Source: Nemertoderma westbladi
Taxonomy: Eukaryota > Animalia > Xenacoelomorpha
Reading direction: 5' to 3'
NCBI GenBank assembly: GCA_032718475.1
Contig: JAUCBJ010008515.1
Location: 50,128 to 114,127 of the forward strand
DNA length: 64,000 nucleotides
This document shows positions 40,176 to 52,443 of the stretch, one piece after another. The notes below the pieces were generated by a model. That model did no database searches. It was not told the origin of the DNA and saw only the letters and a list, made by a program, of their open reading frames with translations. How positions within the stretch are numbered: position 1 is the first letter of the stretch; each line of letters starts with the position of its first letter. The translations under genes were made by a program, and so were the position numbers.

Positions 40176-40631
40176 TTACAACGCTTGTTGGTTTATTTTA
40201 TAATAATTAACAAGCCATTTATATAATATTATTTCATTTATTTCCACATTATTTGTAAACGCACTCATTGGATAGTTTGTGTGAATTCGATTTACCAAAT
40301 AATAAAGACAGTATAGACCGCATGTGGTCCGCCTAGGGTCTTGAAATTGTTTGTGAGTAGTACGCCATCTTGCGGAATTTTTCACAAGCCATTTTTCGAT
40401 GCATCTGTTTGGATATTTTGATCCGAATGAATCAAATAATTCAGCCTCATTATCTCGTATATATATTGCGATCCAATGAATCCCGGGCAGATGCTCTTTA
40501 TCGGTATTTACTATTAACCCATAATCTCTTCGCTTATTATTATTATCTAATTTAGGTAATTTATTAGCTGGAAACGCTCCCAAATAGTGACCACCCACTG
40601 GAAACATATCAAGGTCCTCTGTAGATAACAT
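40176..40631 (-). CDS. Adenain-like cysteine protease
   Basis: IVNTD..PGIHWIAI, FDSFG, Q....TCGLYC catalytic His/Asp/Cys pattern. Confidence 0.95.
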   Translation of the reverse strand: MLSTEDLDMFPVGGHYLGAFPANKLPKLDNNNKRRDYGLIVNTDKEHLPGIHWIAIYIRDNEAELFDSFGSKYPNRCIEKWLVKNSARWRTTHKQFQDPRRTTCGLYCLYYLVNRIHTNYPMSAFTNNVEINEIILYKWLVNYYKINQQAL

Positions 40632-40633
40632 AC

Positions 40634-41893
40634 TTAATCGATATGTATTTCTTTCCTGCTATTTAAACTTAATGATTGATCATAAATATTAAAAATGATT
40701 ACATTTATGGTTTCAACCAACGGTTCGGCAAATCTTAATTTTAATTGGCCGTTAGTATATATCGACGGTTGCGGATCTCTAACATAGCTGTCGGCGGTTA
40801 AGTCCCAGGATAGGATGGGGCAATTACCTAAGTAGGTTTCATGGTCTATATTATTACCTCCATAACCGTTAATATATGTATTAATGTTCTTCATTAATTG
40901 AGTATACTCAAAAATATATGTTCCATCTGTAAAATTAGGCTCGTATATTACACCAACTACTGGAAGACCGTCTACAATCGGTTCCGCGCGTCTAAGGTTA
41001 AAATGTTCAAATTTCAAGGGATTGCTAATTAATTCTCCTGAATAAGCGTTATTTGTTATGAAGCCGATAATAACTAATTTGGGTTTTTTACCATCAAATA
41101 TGTTTGTTTGGGTGTAATTTGTGGTTTGAGCGGGAATAGTAAATGTTGTAACCTCCTTTTTTTGGAATTGATATTCAATATCGTAACTCTCTAAACCTTT
41201 TAGGTGACTGCTTTCTATTACCGGATTAACCTCCATTCTAGGGATTAGGATCTTTATTTCATCTAATTCTAGCCGAAGATTTGTCACCGCGTTTGCGTTT
41301 GGAGTGATTTTAAAAATAAACGAATTTGATACTTTTCTAAAATGCATTCTTAAATCATACCCGGGTTGTATTATTTTGCTTTCAGTATCAAAATCAATCG
41401 TCAATCCACTTACAAATTGCATTTGTTTACTAAAGGCATCGCCAATAGGATGCGCGCCGGGATCAATTTCATTTCCGTGCTCAGATAAAGGCTGATGAAA
41501 GCCACCCACACCCAGTAGCCCATTTTTATCCTCGTAAGTTGTAAATAATAAATTGGATAAGTACGACTTGTAGAAATAATGGTTATTGCTATTTTCAACC
41601 TGCTTCTCATTAAGGTCTATTTTAATATCACTCCACATAGTTTCAGCGGGGTAATTCAGCATATATATATGGGAATTGTCAAGTCATCTATCCCACCGTA
41701 CAGTACATTTTGTAATTAATAACGCATCTTGCAGTTTTGTATAGAATTCATTGGATCTCGGTACAAGGAACGTGACTTCCCTAGACTCACTTCTGAGATT
41801 AGATACGGGGTAAATTGTTTCATAATGCTTTGCTTTAAATTCAGTCTGTATTGGCTGTATAGAAAATAAATCTAATTCCTTAATAATTGACAT
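40634..41893 (-). pseudogene. Major capsid protein (double jelly-roll) with one in-frame TGA at 41684-41686
   Basis: ELDLFSIQPIQT N-terminus, PKLVIIGF, NPLKFEHFNL, WDLTAD, LKLRFAEPL. About 420 codons once read through. Confidence 0.88.
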
Positions 41894-41895
41894 TA

Positions 41896-42456
41896 TTAAA
41901 AAATACTTTTTTCGCAGTGTTTCAGTTTGCCTTTTATATTTCTCTTTTTACTACGTCGATGATGTATGTTCATAGACATTGGTCTAGCGGGTCGCTTTAA
42001 ATCTCTATAAACTTTTTCTACAACTGACCTTGTTGACGGTTTCATTTTATTTAATGCTTTATTAATAACCGTATTAGCCTGCTGATGTAAGACCCGCTTA
42101 CCTTTTGGTATTACGTGTTGTCTCATAAATTTTGTGGTAAATGGTAAAGCTTTTTGTAAAACTTTTTTAGCTAATGGCTTACCAAATTTTTTCAATGTCG
42201 ATAAAGCGTCTGTAAATATACCTTCTCCGTGTTGATTTGTCCTCATACCTCTAGGATAACGCTGAAAACGATGTTGTTTTAAGTTTGGACCAAATGCGCC
42301 AATTTGTTGACCGTAAGGGTCAATATATGAACCACCTCGAAAAACAGGAACTTGCGTCGAGCCTCTCGTACTTCTACCACCTTTAAAAACAGCAAGATTC
42401 GAGTCAGCACTACCATATTGAGGTTTACTGTATCTTTGAAATAAATCAGAATCCAT
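41896..42456 (-). CDS. Basic core/membrane-active virion protein candidate
   Basis: Repeated VF(K/R)GG and QHGEG putative protease sites, then an amphipathic IFTDALSTLKKFGKPLAKK helix and Arg/Lys-rich tail. Confidence 0.65.
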   Translation of the reverse strand: MDSDLFQRYSKPQYGSADSNLAVFKGGRSTRGSTQVPVFRGGSYIDPYGQQIGAFGPNLKQHRFQRYPRGMRTNQHGEGIFTDALSTLKKFGKPLAKKVLQKALPFTTKFMRQHVIPKGKRVLHQQANTVINKALNKMKPSTRSVVEKVYRDLKRPARPMSMNIHHRRSKKRNIKGKLKHCEKSIF

Positions 42457-42459
42457 TTT

Positions 42460-42740
42460 AATTTATTCGTTTAAAGTGTAATGTAATAGATGTTGTCCCG
42501 TATTCAAAATTCAAATCTTTTCCTTCTTTGTCTGTTATTTCAATATGAATGTATGTTATACATGGACGGCAACGTTGCTAAGTAAAATATACTTTTTATA
42601 CCTACCACCCAGTTTTCGTTTGGATTTATAGGTAAGGCGCCGTGGAAATTTATCTGATAATTACTAGCGCTATTGCGGGGAAAATCAATTGGACATGAGT
42701 TACTTGGTAGTCTTACGTAGAATTCATCCATCACTGCCAC
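42460..42740 (-). pseudogene. Second minor capsid (penton-like) gene, internally deleted
   Basis: N-terminal FYVRLPSNS..FPRNSASNY..WVVGIKSI joins, in another frame, C-terminal IEITDKEGKDLNFEYGTTSITLHFKR. Confidence 0.7.
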
Positions 42741-43631
42741 CCCGTATTAACTTAAGTGTTATAACAGTGCGACCTCCGCTAAAATTAATTAATTCGCCTT
42801 GTCCGTCACGTAAAGTAATTAAGATTGTTTTTAGTTTTTTATTAAACAACGGGTAATAGCAAATGCTCTCGTATTCGTGATTAATATATTTTCGATTTAA
42901 TTGCGTTAAAGGGCAGGTTCTTAAGAGCGGAGCTAAAGCGTCACCAACAAATGAGCTCTTAATAATATCTGTATATATAAAGATAGTGTCTTTATTACGT
43001 GTTATATTCGTGGGAGCTGGAAAATCTAAAATGCCAATTTCCGAAATTTTTGGTCCGCTATAATTTAAAATTAATATCGGCTGTTCTATATTGCTTAATT
43101 CATCTACTGTAGTGGTACTGTATATATCCCAATTCGGAATACCTGGATGATTCCGATCCAATAACGGTTTTAAGCCTAGAATTTGTATTAAATCACCACG
43201 TAGACTTAATTGTATTTTTTTCAACTTTTTAGGAAATTTAAATTTAATTCTAGAATTATTTGTATTAAAAATGAATTCGAAATCTCTATATTTCGCTTCA
43301 GAATTAAACAGTTTATTTATATCATCAATAATCACTTGAATAGAGCTATGCATACCAGGAAATAAACTATATAATTTGGCATCTTTTGCATCTACCCCGA
43401 TTGACAGCGAGATTTGAGTTTGCAGTGTAATATTACTGTATGTTGCTTGGTATTGTAGCTTGGCAAGCCCAATTTTAGCGTTTGGACCAATATATAATTC
43501 TTCGGCTAAATCAACAGTAAACTCACTAGGATTATTATTGGGGTAAGTGTTTAATGAGCTATCTGAAAGATATATGTATCTGTGGCCATTATTATTATTA
43601 TTATTTAAGCTCTCTCTCTACTTGACTCCAT
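42724..43631 (-). pseudogene. Minor capsid (penton-like) protein; frameshift in (AG)n near start
   Basis: Frame is open upstream of 43353 (YLSDSSLNTYPNNNPSEFTVDL). Contains IFIYTDII..SFVGD..APLLR and ITLRDGQG..INF.GG..VITL. Confidence 0.85.
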
Positions 43632-43845
43632 TGTACATACAGTACAGTACAGTATAATGTTAAATTATAGACATCTGTGACCACGTTCATTGTCGCATCT
43701 TCTACAGTATATGCGCGGGATCAATATTTTATTGGCTTTATTTAAAACGGATGAACTATAGATATAGTAATATCATTTGAGTTAATATTGATTAATTACG
43801 GTCATATGCGACCAAAATGAATTAATATACAGTATAAACCTAAGC

Positions 43846-44934
43846 TTATTGAATATGCTGTACCCACGACTGTTTCTTGGATCCAATGAATCGGACTAAA
43901 TATTCTTTCTTCCCATTGCGTACACGTTCTTTAAGTTTGCCAATATTTTTGTCAATTGGTAGATAAATATTACTATTCGGGTGGACCTTTTGGAGTTCGT
44001 GAGAATAAAATGAGCCATTTATTATAGCTCCAGCGCTGTCCTTAATATCGAACATTACCACAGGTACTCTATCCAACCTGACACGATGAATAATAAATAA
44101 TTCACGTGTCCATTGTTCTTGATAGCCTTTAGCAAAAGCAGTACGAGCGATAGATAATCGTACTGTATCTCCAACTTTAAATTTTATTTTCTTATGATTA
44201 ATCTGTCTATATTTCCCATATAATCTATTCATTAATTCAGTTTCATTAAATTTATTAACTTCAATGGGAGTCATTTATATTGTCCTATGATATGACCTAT
44301 TATAAGCATAAATGAGCTTTGGTAAAATTTTAATCCAAACATTATTTCCTCGTTGCGTAAAAATTTTGAACATCTTTGTTTTTAATGTTCTATTGAATCT
44401 CTCGACAATAGCCGCCTTATTCACAGAATACATTACGTAATACTGTATACGTAACGTTTCTAAATATTTTCTTACAGATTTATTTAGAAACTCAGACCCT
44501 TGATCAGTCGCGATTCTGTTTGGTTTTCCTTTCTGGAATATTTTTTGCAATATACTAATAATTTCAATACCCTTTTTTGTTTTCATAGCATAGGCAAAAG
44601 CAAGCCTGCTAAAGGCATCAATACATGTTAATATATAGTTATAATTATTATTTTGCGATTTATATTGCTGCATATCCACCAGATCTATCATATATATATC
44701 TTTTAAACCTCCCGTAAATATTTTAGATGTTGGATAATGATGTCTACGTGGAGCGTGAAGGGTGTATGTCTTTTGCCCGCTCAACCATTTCTGGGCTTGT
44801 GCTGGTTTGATGTTTGCAGCTTTTGCTAATTTTGCAACACTTGCAAAACCCGCGGGGGATGATGGATCTAAATAAATTCTTAACAGTTTTTTGTCTAAGC
44901 TTCGGCTTAAAATCGGTTTCATCTTGCGAGGCAT
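43846..44934 (-). pseudogene. Retroviral-like integrase with C-terminal chromo-like region; one in-frame TAA at 44275-44277
   Basis: IDLVDM, CIDAFSR, TDQGSEF, VERFNRTLK, HRTI*MTP, FKVGDTVR, EYLVRFIG..SWV. Confidence 0.95.
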
Positions 44935-45158
44935 CTTTTCGACAACCGCAAGTAATATGTATATTCAAATCTCTTATAAAGGGCATCACCGTAAGAACAA
45001 CTGAAATTTTTTAATTATTTTCTTTGAAGTTGATGTTTTAAAGGGTTTTCTTTTTGTAGTATTTACTCTAGGTATATCTTGTGGTTTTAAATCAGTAGCT
45101 AACGGTTTACTCGATACTAAATATAATTTTCTAAATGTTACTCCTGTTTTAACCATTA

Positions 45159-45543
45159 TTACCGTCCGCAGTTAATTTTTTTCGCAATAGCTGCTCCAGC
45201 AGCGGCGGCACCGGCACTCGCGGCGAGTTTCGCACCAATGCCGAGTAAGGGTATTAGAAACGGTAGTATACCTCCAGATTGATTGCTTAACTTTTTTCAT
45301 GTAACTTGATATATTTTTTGTTTTACGGTTGAGTGATTTCAATACCTTCTTAGAGCGGCGAATATTTCTAAATGAATGAGGGGTTAATTGTACGTTACCT
45401 TTTAGAACATTTAATGCAGTATTTACAATGAGCCGTATTAATTCGTTACTCGCGGTATGGTTAATAAAATAAGTTCTTTGTTGAGGGGTAGCGCTGCGTA
45501 GAAATTCCAGTTCGTTACGATATTTCTGCACAAGTCTATTCAT
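45159..45543 (-). pseudogene. Adenovirus pX(mu)-like core precursor; A-run frameshift near 45295
   Basis: ALNVLKGNV.L motif. The shifted frame reads NQSGGILPFLIPLLGIGAKLAASAG. Confidence 0.75.
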
Positions 45544-45580
45544 TGTTGCAACATTATTGAAAATTGTTACAAAATATTAA

Positions 45581-46261
45581 TTATTTATCATTATTATTAT
45601 TATTATTTTCGCTACGTTTATAGTCAATGTAATTTTTAATGTAACAATTATGATTACGAAATATATCCGATCTAAATCTTAAATGTTCGGGTGTTTCCTG
45701 TCGTAAATCAATTAAGAAATGCGAAAATGGTTCAATAGTTGCATCTTGATAGGAATCAACTAAAAATTTGGTCTGCCCTGGTAACATCTGCTTCGCGAAA
45801 TTTAAAACCGATAAACTGTCTCGCGGATTTTTCATTAATACTAAAGTATGGCTATTAATTGATCTTGTGCGGTTATGCTTCCCACCGTAAAACATGTTTT
45901 GCGTTATAAAACAAATAAATATATTGGAATGATGAGCTACCTTAGTAAACAATACAGTTAAAGCTGTACTGGACTCAGTTTCTGTTAATAAATCATCTAT
46001 AATTAATAAATCTCGACTATTCACTAAACTATCTATATTTTCAGGCAAACCTTTGTAAAGGTGAGTAATACCGGGAATAGTCGGGGGATTGCTCCCGTAA
46101 CAATGCAATACTCGCAAGGGGGCTTCGTTGAAACAACCATTCTTGTGTTTAATTAAATTACTGACAAATGTTGACTTTCCAGAACCAGATGGCCCAGAAA
46201 TTATCATACTCGTTCCCATTTGAAAGTTTAAATTATATGGACCTGAATTAAAGTCAGCCAT
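45581..46261 (-). CDS. A32-like genome packaging ATPase
   Basis: Walker A GPSGSGKS, Walker B LLIIDD, ITQNMF, KNPRD. Confidence 0.95.
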   Translation of the reverse strand: MADFNSGPYNLNFQMGTSMIISGPSGSGKSTFVSNLIKHKNGCFNEAPLRVLHCYGSNPPTIPGITHLYKGLPENIDSLVNSRDLLIIDDLLTETESSTALTVLFTKVAHHSNIFICFITQNMFYGGKHNRTRSINSHTLVLMKNPRDSLSVLNFAKQMLPGQTKFLVDSYQDATIEPFSHFLIDLRQETPEHLRFRSDIFRNHNCYIKNYIDYKRSENNNNNNDK

Positions 46262-46477
46262 TTATTATTATTATTAAGATATATCAACAATACAATATAA
46301 TATAATATAAATATCAATATCAATAAACCATCACCATTACTATGTATATAACAATAATTGAGGCAACTACAATATTAGAGTACTGTATATTTAATTAACA
46401 TATGACACAACTACAGTATGTGACGCTCGCTGCAACAAAAGGTGCTATTTCCAATTATAGTATAGACTGATGTAATT

Positions 46478-46930
46478 TCAAGCATGGTGAGCATCTTTAT
46501 ACGCGAAATAATGATAGGTAACATCGGCGGTTTGGAAATCACTTCCCGAGAATTTCGCACTAATGATTTTTTTATGTTCGCTGCTAAAAAAATAAGGAAT
46601 ATAGTAGCAACACCGTCGTACTACATTTCTATAAAAAATATTCTCCAATATTGTAAATAAATCTCCCGGATCATTACTTTCCGCAGAAATATAAGTTATA
46701 TTTCGAAGCTCTTTCCAATAATAGGGTTGATAAATTGCCAACTTTATATTAAACTTAGATATGGGTGCGCGACAAATAGGACAAATTTTAGAACAATAAT
46801 TATTCATTTCGGAATATTGTACAATACATTGTACGCAAGTTGCATGTTTATTTTCACATTTATAATAATCTCGATGTTGTTGCAATAACTTAGAATAGCA
46901 AACTGGACATTTTTCATTTAAAATATCCAT
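46478..46930 (-). CDS. RING-finger protein (putative E3 ligase)
   Basis: CPVC...C..KH..CVQC...CPICR, a C3HC4-like pattern. Confidence 0.8.
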   Translation of the reverse strand: MDILNEKCPVCYSKLLQQHRDYYKCENKHATCVQCIVQYSEMNNYCSKICPICRAPISKFNIKLAIYQPYYWKELRNITYISAESNDPGDLFTILENIFYRNVVRRCCYYIPYFFSSEHKKIISAKFSGSDFQTADVTYHYFAYKDAHHA

Positions 46931-47099
46931 TTTTCCAAATTTTAAAGTAAATTGAACATAATTACCTCAATACACAACAACAACAACAACAAACAAATCT
47001 GTTATACTGTATATACAATTACTACTACAATTTTCGATTATTTAAAAACATTAAAATTTTATAAATAATCATAAAATATTTATAATATAGAGGGAAAAG

Positions 47100-47543
47100 T
47101 CAAGAATCAATGATATTATCAACATATTCAACATTATCTGTTGATTCTTCAGGTTCGATAAAGGATTCTTTTGAAATCATTACAATAAAGAAAGACATAA
47201 TTTCGTAGAGGCTATGCCGATTTAGCCGTATTTCAAACTTTTCACCAGCTTCGTTGTATTGTGTAATAACAATAAACCCCTCTATCATGGATAATAGTAA
47301 GATGTTGATTAATTTTCCCACATGCTCAACTTTCAGGTTGTAATCTAAGAGATGAATACTATTATCAGAAGCATCAATATCAATTGAGCTTAAAACTTTC
47401 CTGGCTTTTTCAGAAAACTCAATTTTATATTTATCATCTCCCTGACGGTAAATTGTATAATCAATAACAATATAGGCTTGACCATCTTCTGCAAAAAATG
47501 AATGCCTTACTATTGGCATAACCATATCGGAATCAGAAGACAT
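47100..47543 (-). CDS. Hypothetical acidic Polinton protein
   Basis: Intact 147 aa ATG ORF co-oriented with the right-arm genes. No motif recognised. Confidence 0.6.
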   Translation of the reverse strand: MSSDSDMVMPIVRHSFFAEDGQAYIVIDYTIYRQGDDKYKIEFSEKARKVLSSIDIDASDNSIHLLDYNLKVEHVGKLINILLLSMIEGFIVITQYNEAGEKFEIRLNRHSLYEIMSFFIVMISKESFIEPEESTDNVEYVDNIIDS

Positions 47544-47878
47544 TATTTAATTTATTTTATTGTAAATCAAACAAACAAAGTAAAAACTTTTAAACTAAAA
47601 CCATTACAAATGATTAATTGTGATTAAAGCAAGAGATTATATATATAAGATATTTTCGAAAATAATACAGGTCTTAAACTGAGAAATAGCCTAAATTCGG
47701 ATTATTGATTGGTTGATTAGCTGGTAGGGAAATGCAGTTTAAACAAAAATTATTGCGTAATAATAATCACTAATGCTTGTATACGCGTAGCTGGAACGGA
47801 ATGGAATTTCATGTATCATACTAGGAGGTTGGTGACAGCCGTCGAGGAGTAGCGCTAGCTAGCGGGGGCTAAATCGTT

Positions 47879-48231
47879 GAGTTGGCAATCGATATAATAT
47901 AATATAATATCGAGGGTATATGCGTGTAGTTGGTGGCCACGTCGTCGTTGTTGTCATCATATACAGTATACAGCAGTGGTGGTGGTGGTGATGATGTGGC
48001 GAAAAGGTGAATAACATTAGGGTTAGTAGTTAGTTAGTCAGTAGTCGAGTTAGGCTACGCTACGCTACGATTGGTTGATGGCAACTGCCGATCGATGGAT
48101 GGTGGTGACAGATGTGGCGCGCACCGCAATTTAGCACCGGAATTTGGCATTTTTTAATAGCCCTCCGAATGGAATGTGCATAGCCCAGGCTTAGGGAGGA
48201 CTTTGTTGGGGGCCATGCTTTATCTACTACT
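47879..48231 (-). repeat. Polinton right TIR
   Basis: Reverse complement of 32255-32625. Confidence 0.95.
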
Positions 48232-48237
48232 AGTATG

Positions 48238-51200
48238 GTGTTCCCTCAGTTGGGTCGTCAACTTCACTGCTCTCCACTTCCCATTCACTTAATTGATATA
48301 CTTGTTCTTTTGGTAATTTTTCCATAAGAGTTCTACGGGAAGGGCCAGTAAAGTACCAACCTACTCTAGTTCTTCCCGCATAGGCTTGTAGTGGTTGCGG
48401 TTGAGCAGGCCGTTTCTCCAATGTTTTGAGCGCCTCATGCGCATTTTGACCGATGAGTATTTGCACTCCAGGGTAATCTGTGTTGAATCTAGGTATATCA
48501 AACTGCTGGGTGAAATCGTCCTCATCCCAGTTATAAGGTTCTACTTGGCTGGTAGCGAAGTTCTTTATCGCCACCATTTTTACTGACCTTATGCTGTATT
48601 CTCCTAGTTCATCCTGGGGGGTGGACAACGCACCTACATAATAATCCGCTATTACTGTAGATTTCCAAACCTGCATAATTCCTGACATGTTTAACTTAGT
48701 TCGGAACTTGGGTTGTCCAGCAAAGATGTCTTCGGCTAGTTCTTTGTCGATGAATGTTCCTGTGCTACCGGAGTCAAGGAGGGCGTTCACTATATAACTC
48801 CTTTTAGGTCCGTGGACCCTTAACTGCACTACGGGAAATTCACGGATTCCTACATTGGAAGTTGGTGCTTTCCAAGATGGTTGTCGGTCAGAAGTAGTTA
48901 GGGGGAGCTCGCTGTCAGTGTCCTCTTCATATGTAAGTGCTCGATACACTGCGGTATTTATCAGGTAACAGGATTCGTTTTCGTCGGAGAATTCGTCCGT
49001 ATAGAATCCTTCCATCGCAGAACTTTGGTCAGTGTCGTTCACATCACTGAATTGGACATGTAGTTTGGACTCACTTACCTGACTCGGGCTGTTTCGATCG
49101 AATTCAGTGTGCAACAAGATATGATGTTTCGCACCGCACTTTGCACACCTTGTATCGGAGTAACAGGTTCGCCGTTGGTGTCCTTGTCTGAGGCAATATA
49201 ACACAACCGCTTATCCCACATGACTTCCCGTCTATCCGTTAATGATTTCTTTAGGAATTCATCACACATATTCAAGCGGTGGGTCCCGTCACATAGCACA
49301 CATTTCGGTTTGATGTTACTTACCTTATTTTGAATAACATTGTGCACACTCGTTCTTTCTTCGGGCTTTCTTACCTGAATTCTCTTAGGAGACGTAGGAT
49401 GAGTTTTTCTTACCTGTTCTTTAGGCGTTTTATTGACATAATAAGATCTTTCAGTGTCTTTCCCGCTGTCCTCTCCTTGAGAAGTCTGGCTTTCGCCGTC
49501 GTCGGTATAACACACTGGTGTTACCTTTCTCCTAGAAACGGGTTTCTCACTTACCTTGTTTTCCGGTGTCTTCTCTCTGGACTGCTTTAGGAGCTGTAAT
49601 TTCACTTCTCCATCTAAGAATGACATGAGATCAGCCATGGTAGGGTCTCGTCGTTGTTGTTCCATCATATATAACACTTTCTTATCCCAGCGTGTACCTA
49701 CTCCACCCTTCGGTAAAGTAGAGGCCACGGCTCCAATAACCATAGAACTCTGATATTCATGAGACTTACCTAGCCAATCTAATTGTCTACAGATCTCCTG
49801 AATCTCATCGGAAAACTCTATAATCCCGCTGCTAATAAATTTTCGGGGCGCTACCAATTTTGCATACAAATACCTAGCGATGTTATTCCTATTACCATAC
49901 CTGATGTTTAGGGTATCCCAAACTTGTCTTAATCCATCTGGATGTCCAATAAACTTTAACGCCATTAACTTGGGAGATCCTTCCAAGCACTCGATGAGGA
50001 ATCTAAGTTTCTCTCCGTTTGATAGCACAGAGTTCTGTATGTTATCTTTATAATATTCATTAAAAGGTAACCATTTCATCTCATCTCCATTGAACTTGAC
50101 GATCTCTCCCACCTTTACCGCTTGACGGGCTTCGGTTCTAGCCATTTGACGCGTAAAACTTTCTTGGGCCATCGTGTTATTTAATATCGAGTTATCGGTA
50201 TATAAATTTCTCGGATTATGATCAGTTCTATATGGAATATCATTGTCAATAGGTTTATAATTACCCTTAATAGGGTTTACTATAGGAGTTTCAACTTCAC
50301 TAGCAGTATAGATGCGTGTAGGCTCCACACCTTGCGCATGAAATACTTCAGACCTAACAGGTTGATACATTGTTACAGGGGGTGGTGGTATACCCTTTTG
50401 GAGATTTACTAGTTTGTCGCGTTCTAACGCAATACTTTGCTGCACTTCTTGCAACTCTAACCTACTCTCTCTAATTGTTCCCTTTAACTGCTGCACAGTC
50501 CCCTCCATCTCCTGGACTTGCTGAGAGGAGCGGGAACGGTGTTCCCTCAGCTGCCCGAGCAGGAGACCCATCTCCCGTCGTCCCTCATCTACCCACTCGA
50601 CCGCCGAAGCGGGAGGCGCCAACGTTGTAGCGGGCGGACGAGGGACAACGGGCGACAAATCATTAATATTTCGCTCGGAGTCCAGGACATGAACATTTTC
50701 AAGGGTGGTTCTGTGGGGCACAGGCAGCTTAGTGCTGTGCAGAGGGAATTTAGAGGTAGGTTCAGGGAGTACAGGTGTCTCTATCACCGAAGGGGTGGCT
50801 TCAAGAACAGGCCTAATTATTTCAGGCTCATCTACTATAGTAGGGAGTCTTTCTATTTTAATTATTTGGTCTGTGGGTTCTGTACTACCTAAGTCTGTGC
50901 TAACTAGTTGCCTTCTAACAGCTGGGGGAAAATCAGGCAATTTCTGACGGTGGGACATTCTTCTACGTCTGCTTAGACGAGATCTATTTCCTCCGCCTTC
51001 AGGATTGGTGGTATCGCCTTCCTCAGATGATGTATATCCCTGTCTTTTGGGAGTTGATCGACTCATCATCTGCATTTGACTAGCTGTTAACTGTTTATTT
51101 ATGCAGTCTTGATTCTCCTGAATGTTTTCCAATTCTAGTTGGGTGGTCTCTTCAGCGCTTGCGTCCTTCTGGGCTCCTCTACAAGGCGCACCCATGAGGC

Positions 51201-51519
51201 GGACGCTGTCCCACCACCCTTGGGGCCAGTCTGACTCCGTTTTTATCAGACCGGGCCGGAGGGTAGCCCGATGCTTCCCGGGTTCAATTTTCAATCCCCC
51301 GATCACACCGGCACAGCTCGTCGGTGTAGCCAGATGGTCGGCTACTGTCAACTTACTGTGGCCTGACTGTACATTGAGCCAACTCAGAGAGTCAATCGGC
51401 GGGTGGACCAGTCGATAGCGATCGAGCATCAAGGTCGCCCTTGAGCCAAACCGACGGTCTTGTCCCAGATGGGCTTGCGCTACCCACATGGAATATTGAC
51501 ACGTTTTCATCCGCCTCAC
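48238..51519 (-). pseudogene. BEL/Pao gag-protease (frameshift near 49200)
   Basis: DUF1759-like KFNGD..W..F...LSNGEKLRFL..L...YGN, triple zinc knuckles (CVLCDGTH; CLRQGH..C; CAKCGAKHHILLH), and protease LLDSGS. Confidence 0.92.
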
Positions 51520-52443
51520 CGGCAGTATAGAGGGGAAGTCGGTTCCGCAAACAATACTGTCTAGCTTAAAGCTAAGAACAAGTCACCACTTACCAGTCAC
51601 TGTACACGTGTACTCAATAGATGCTCACGAAATCAAGTACACAACGGTAAACACAAATCTGACGCATACCATGCACACACAGAGGACATAATCGGGAAAG
51701 ACAAATCGGTGACAAAATCAGAGGGGACAAAATTGTATCGACTAATAAAAGAGCCGAGAGTACCTTATTTTGCCGTCAGGGTAAAATAACTTTGTGTGCA
51801 CAAAATATGCTGGGGCGCAGTAAACATATGGTCCTACTAATACCAGCGGCGTCTGGACCAACCGGCAAGGGTTCTCATACTCACTCGCAGTGGCCATACA
51901 TACACTCACGTAAACCACGTACCCACAGCAACAGAAAGCTCAAGCAAACTGCCACTGATCGTCCACACACAAACCACAGATTCCAGAGTATCATTCACTC
52001 GGACCACACTACAACACCAACCCCTCCTTGCAGCCGATATTCCGGGTGCCACCTCCATTCCAATAGTAGTACCAACAGAATCATCAGAAACCTGCCCATT
52101 CCGATGCAACACCTCCATTCCAATAGTGCTACCCTGGGAAAAGACACGTTTTTGGCAACCGATCGGAAACAGTAAAGAGTCTGGTCAACTCATACATACC
52201 TAACATAGACCTACCACATAAACCACATAAACCACAGATCACACTAAGCCACCACCCCTACTGTGTACAGGACTGGCAGAACGGCAACAGGCCGACTAGA
52301 CGGTACCACGGCACCATGTTAATTCATGGTTTGCAAGACACGAGGGCCTTCAGTAACTCCCTTGCACTATAGAACGGGATTTAACGTGCCCCCAGACCCT
52401 CACGAGTCCGCCGCCGCCTGTTGAGCACACCCCTATAGAGACC

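Larger units (their letters stand above)
32255..48231. mobile_element. Full-length Polinton/Maverick (adintovirus-like endogenous element), ~16 kb
   Basis: AGTAGT...ACTACT termini, ~370 bp TIRs, 6-bp TSD AGTATG (32249-32254 and 48232-48237). Carries pPolB, integrase, ATPase, protease and capsid genes. Confidence 0.97.

Noticed and set aside
34746-44934. Stop-codon reassignment or programmed readthrough in the Polinton
   Set aside because: The internal stops are a mix of TAA and TGA, both also serve as true terminators, and frameshifts co-occur. Decay is the simpler explanation.
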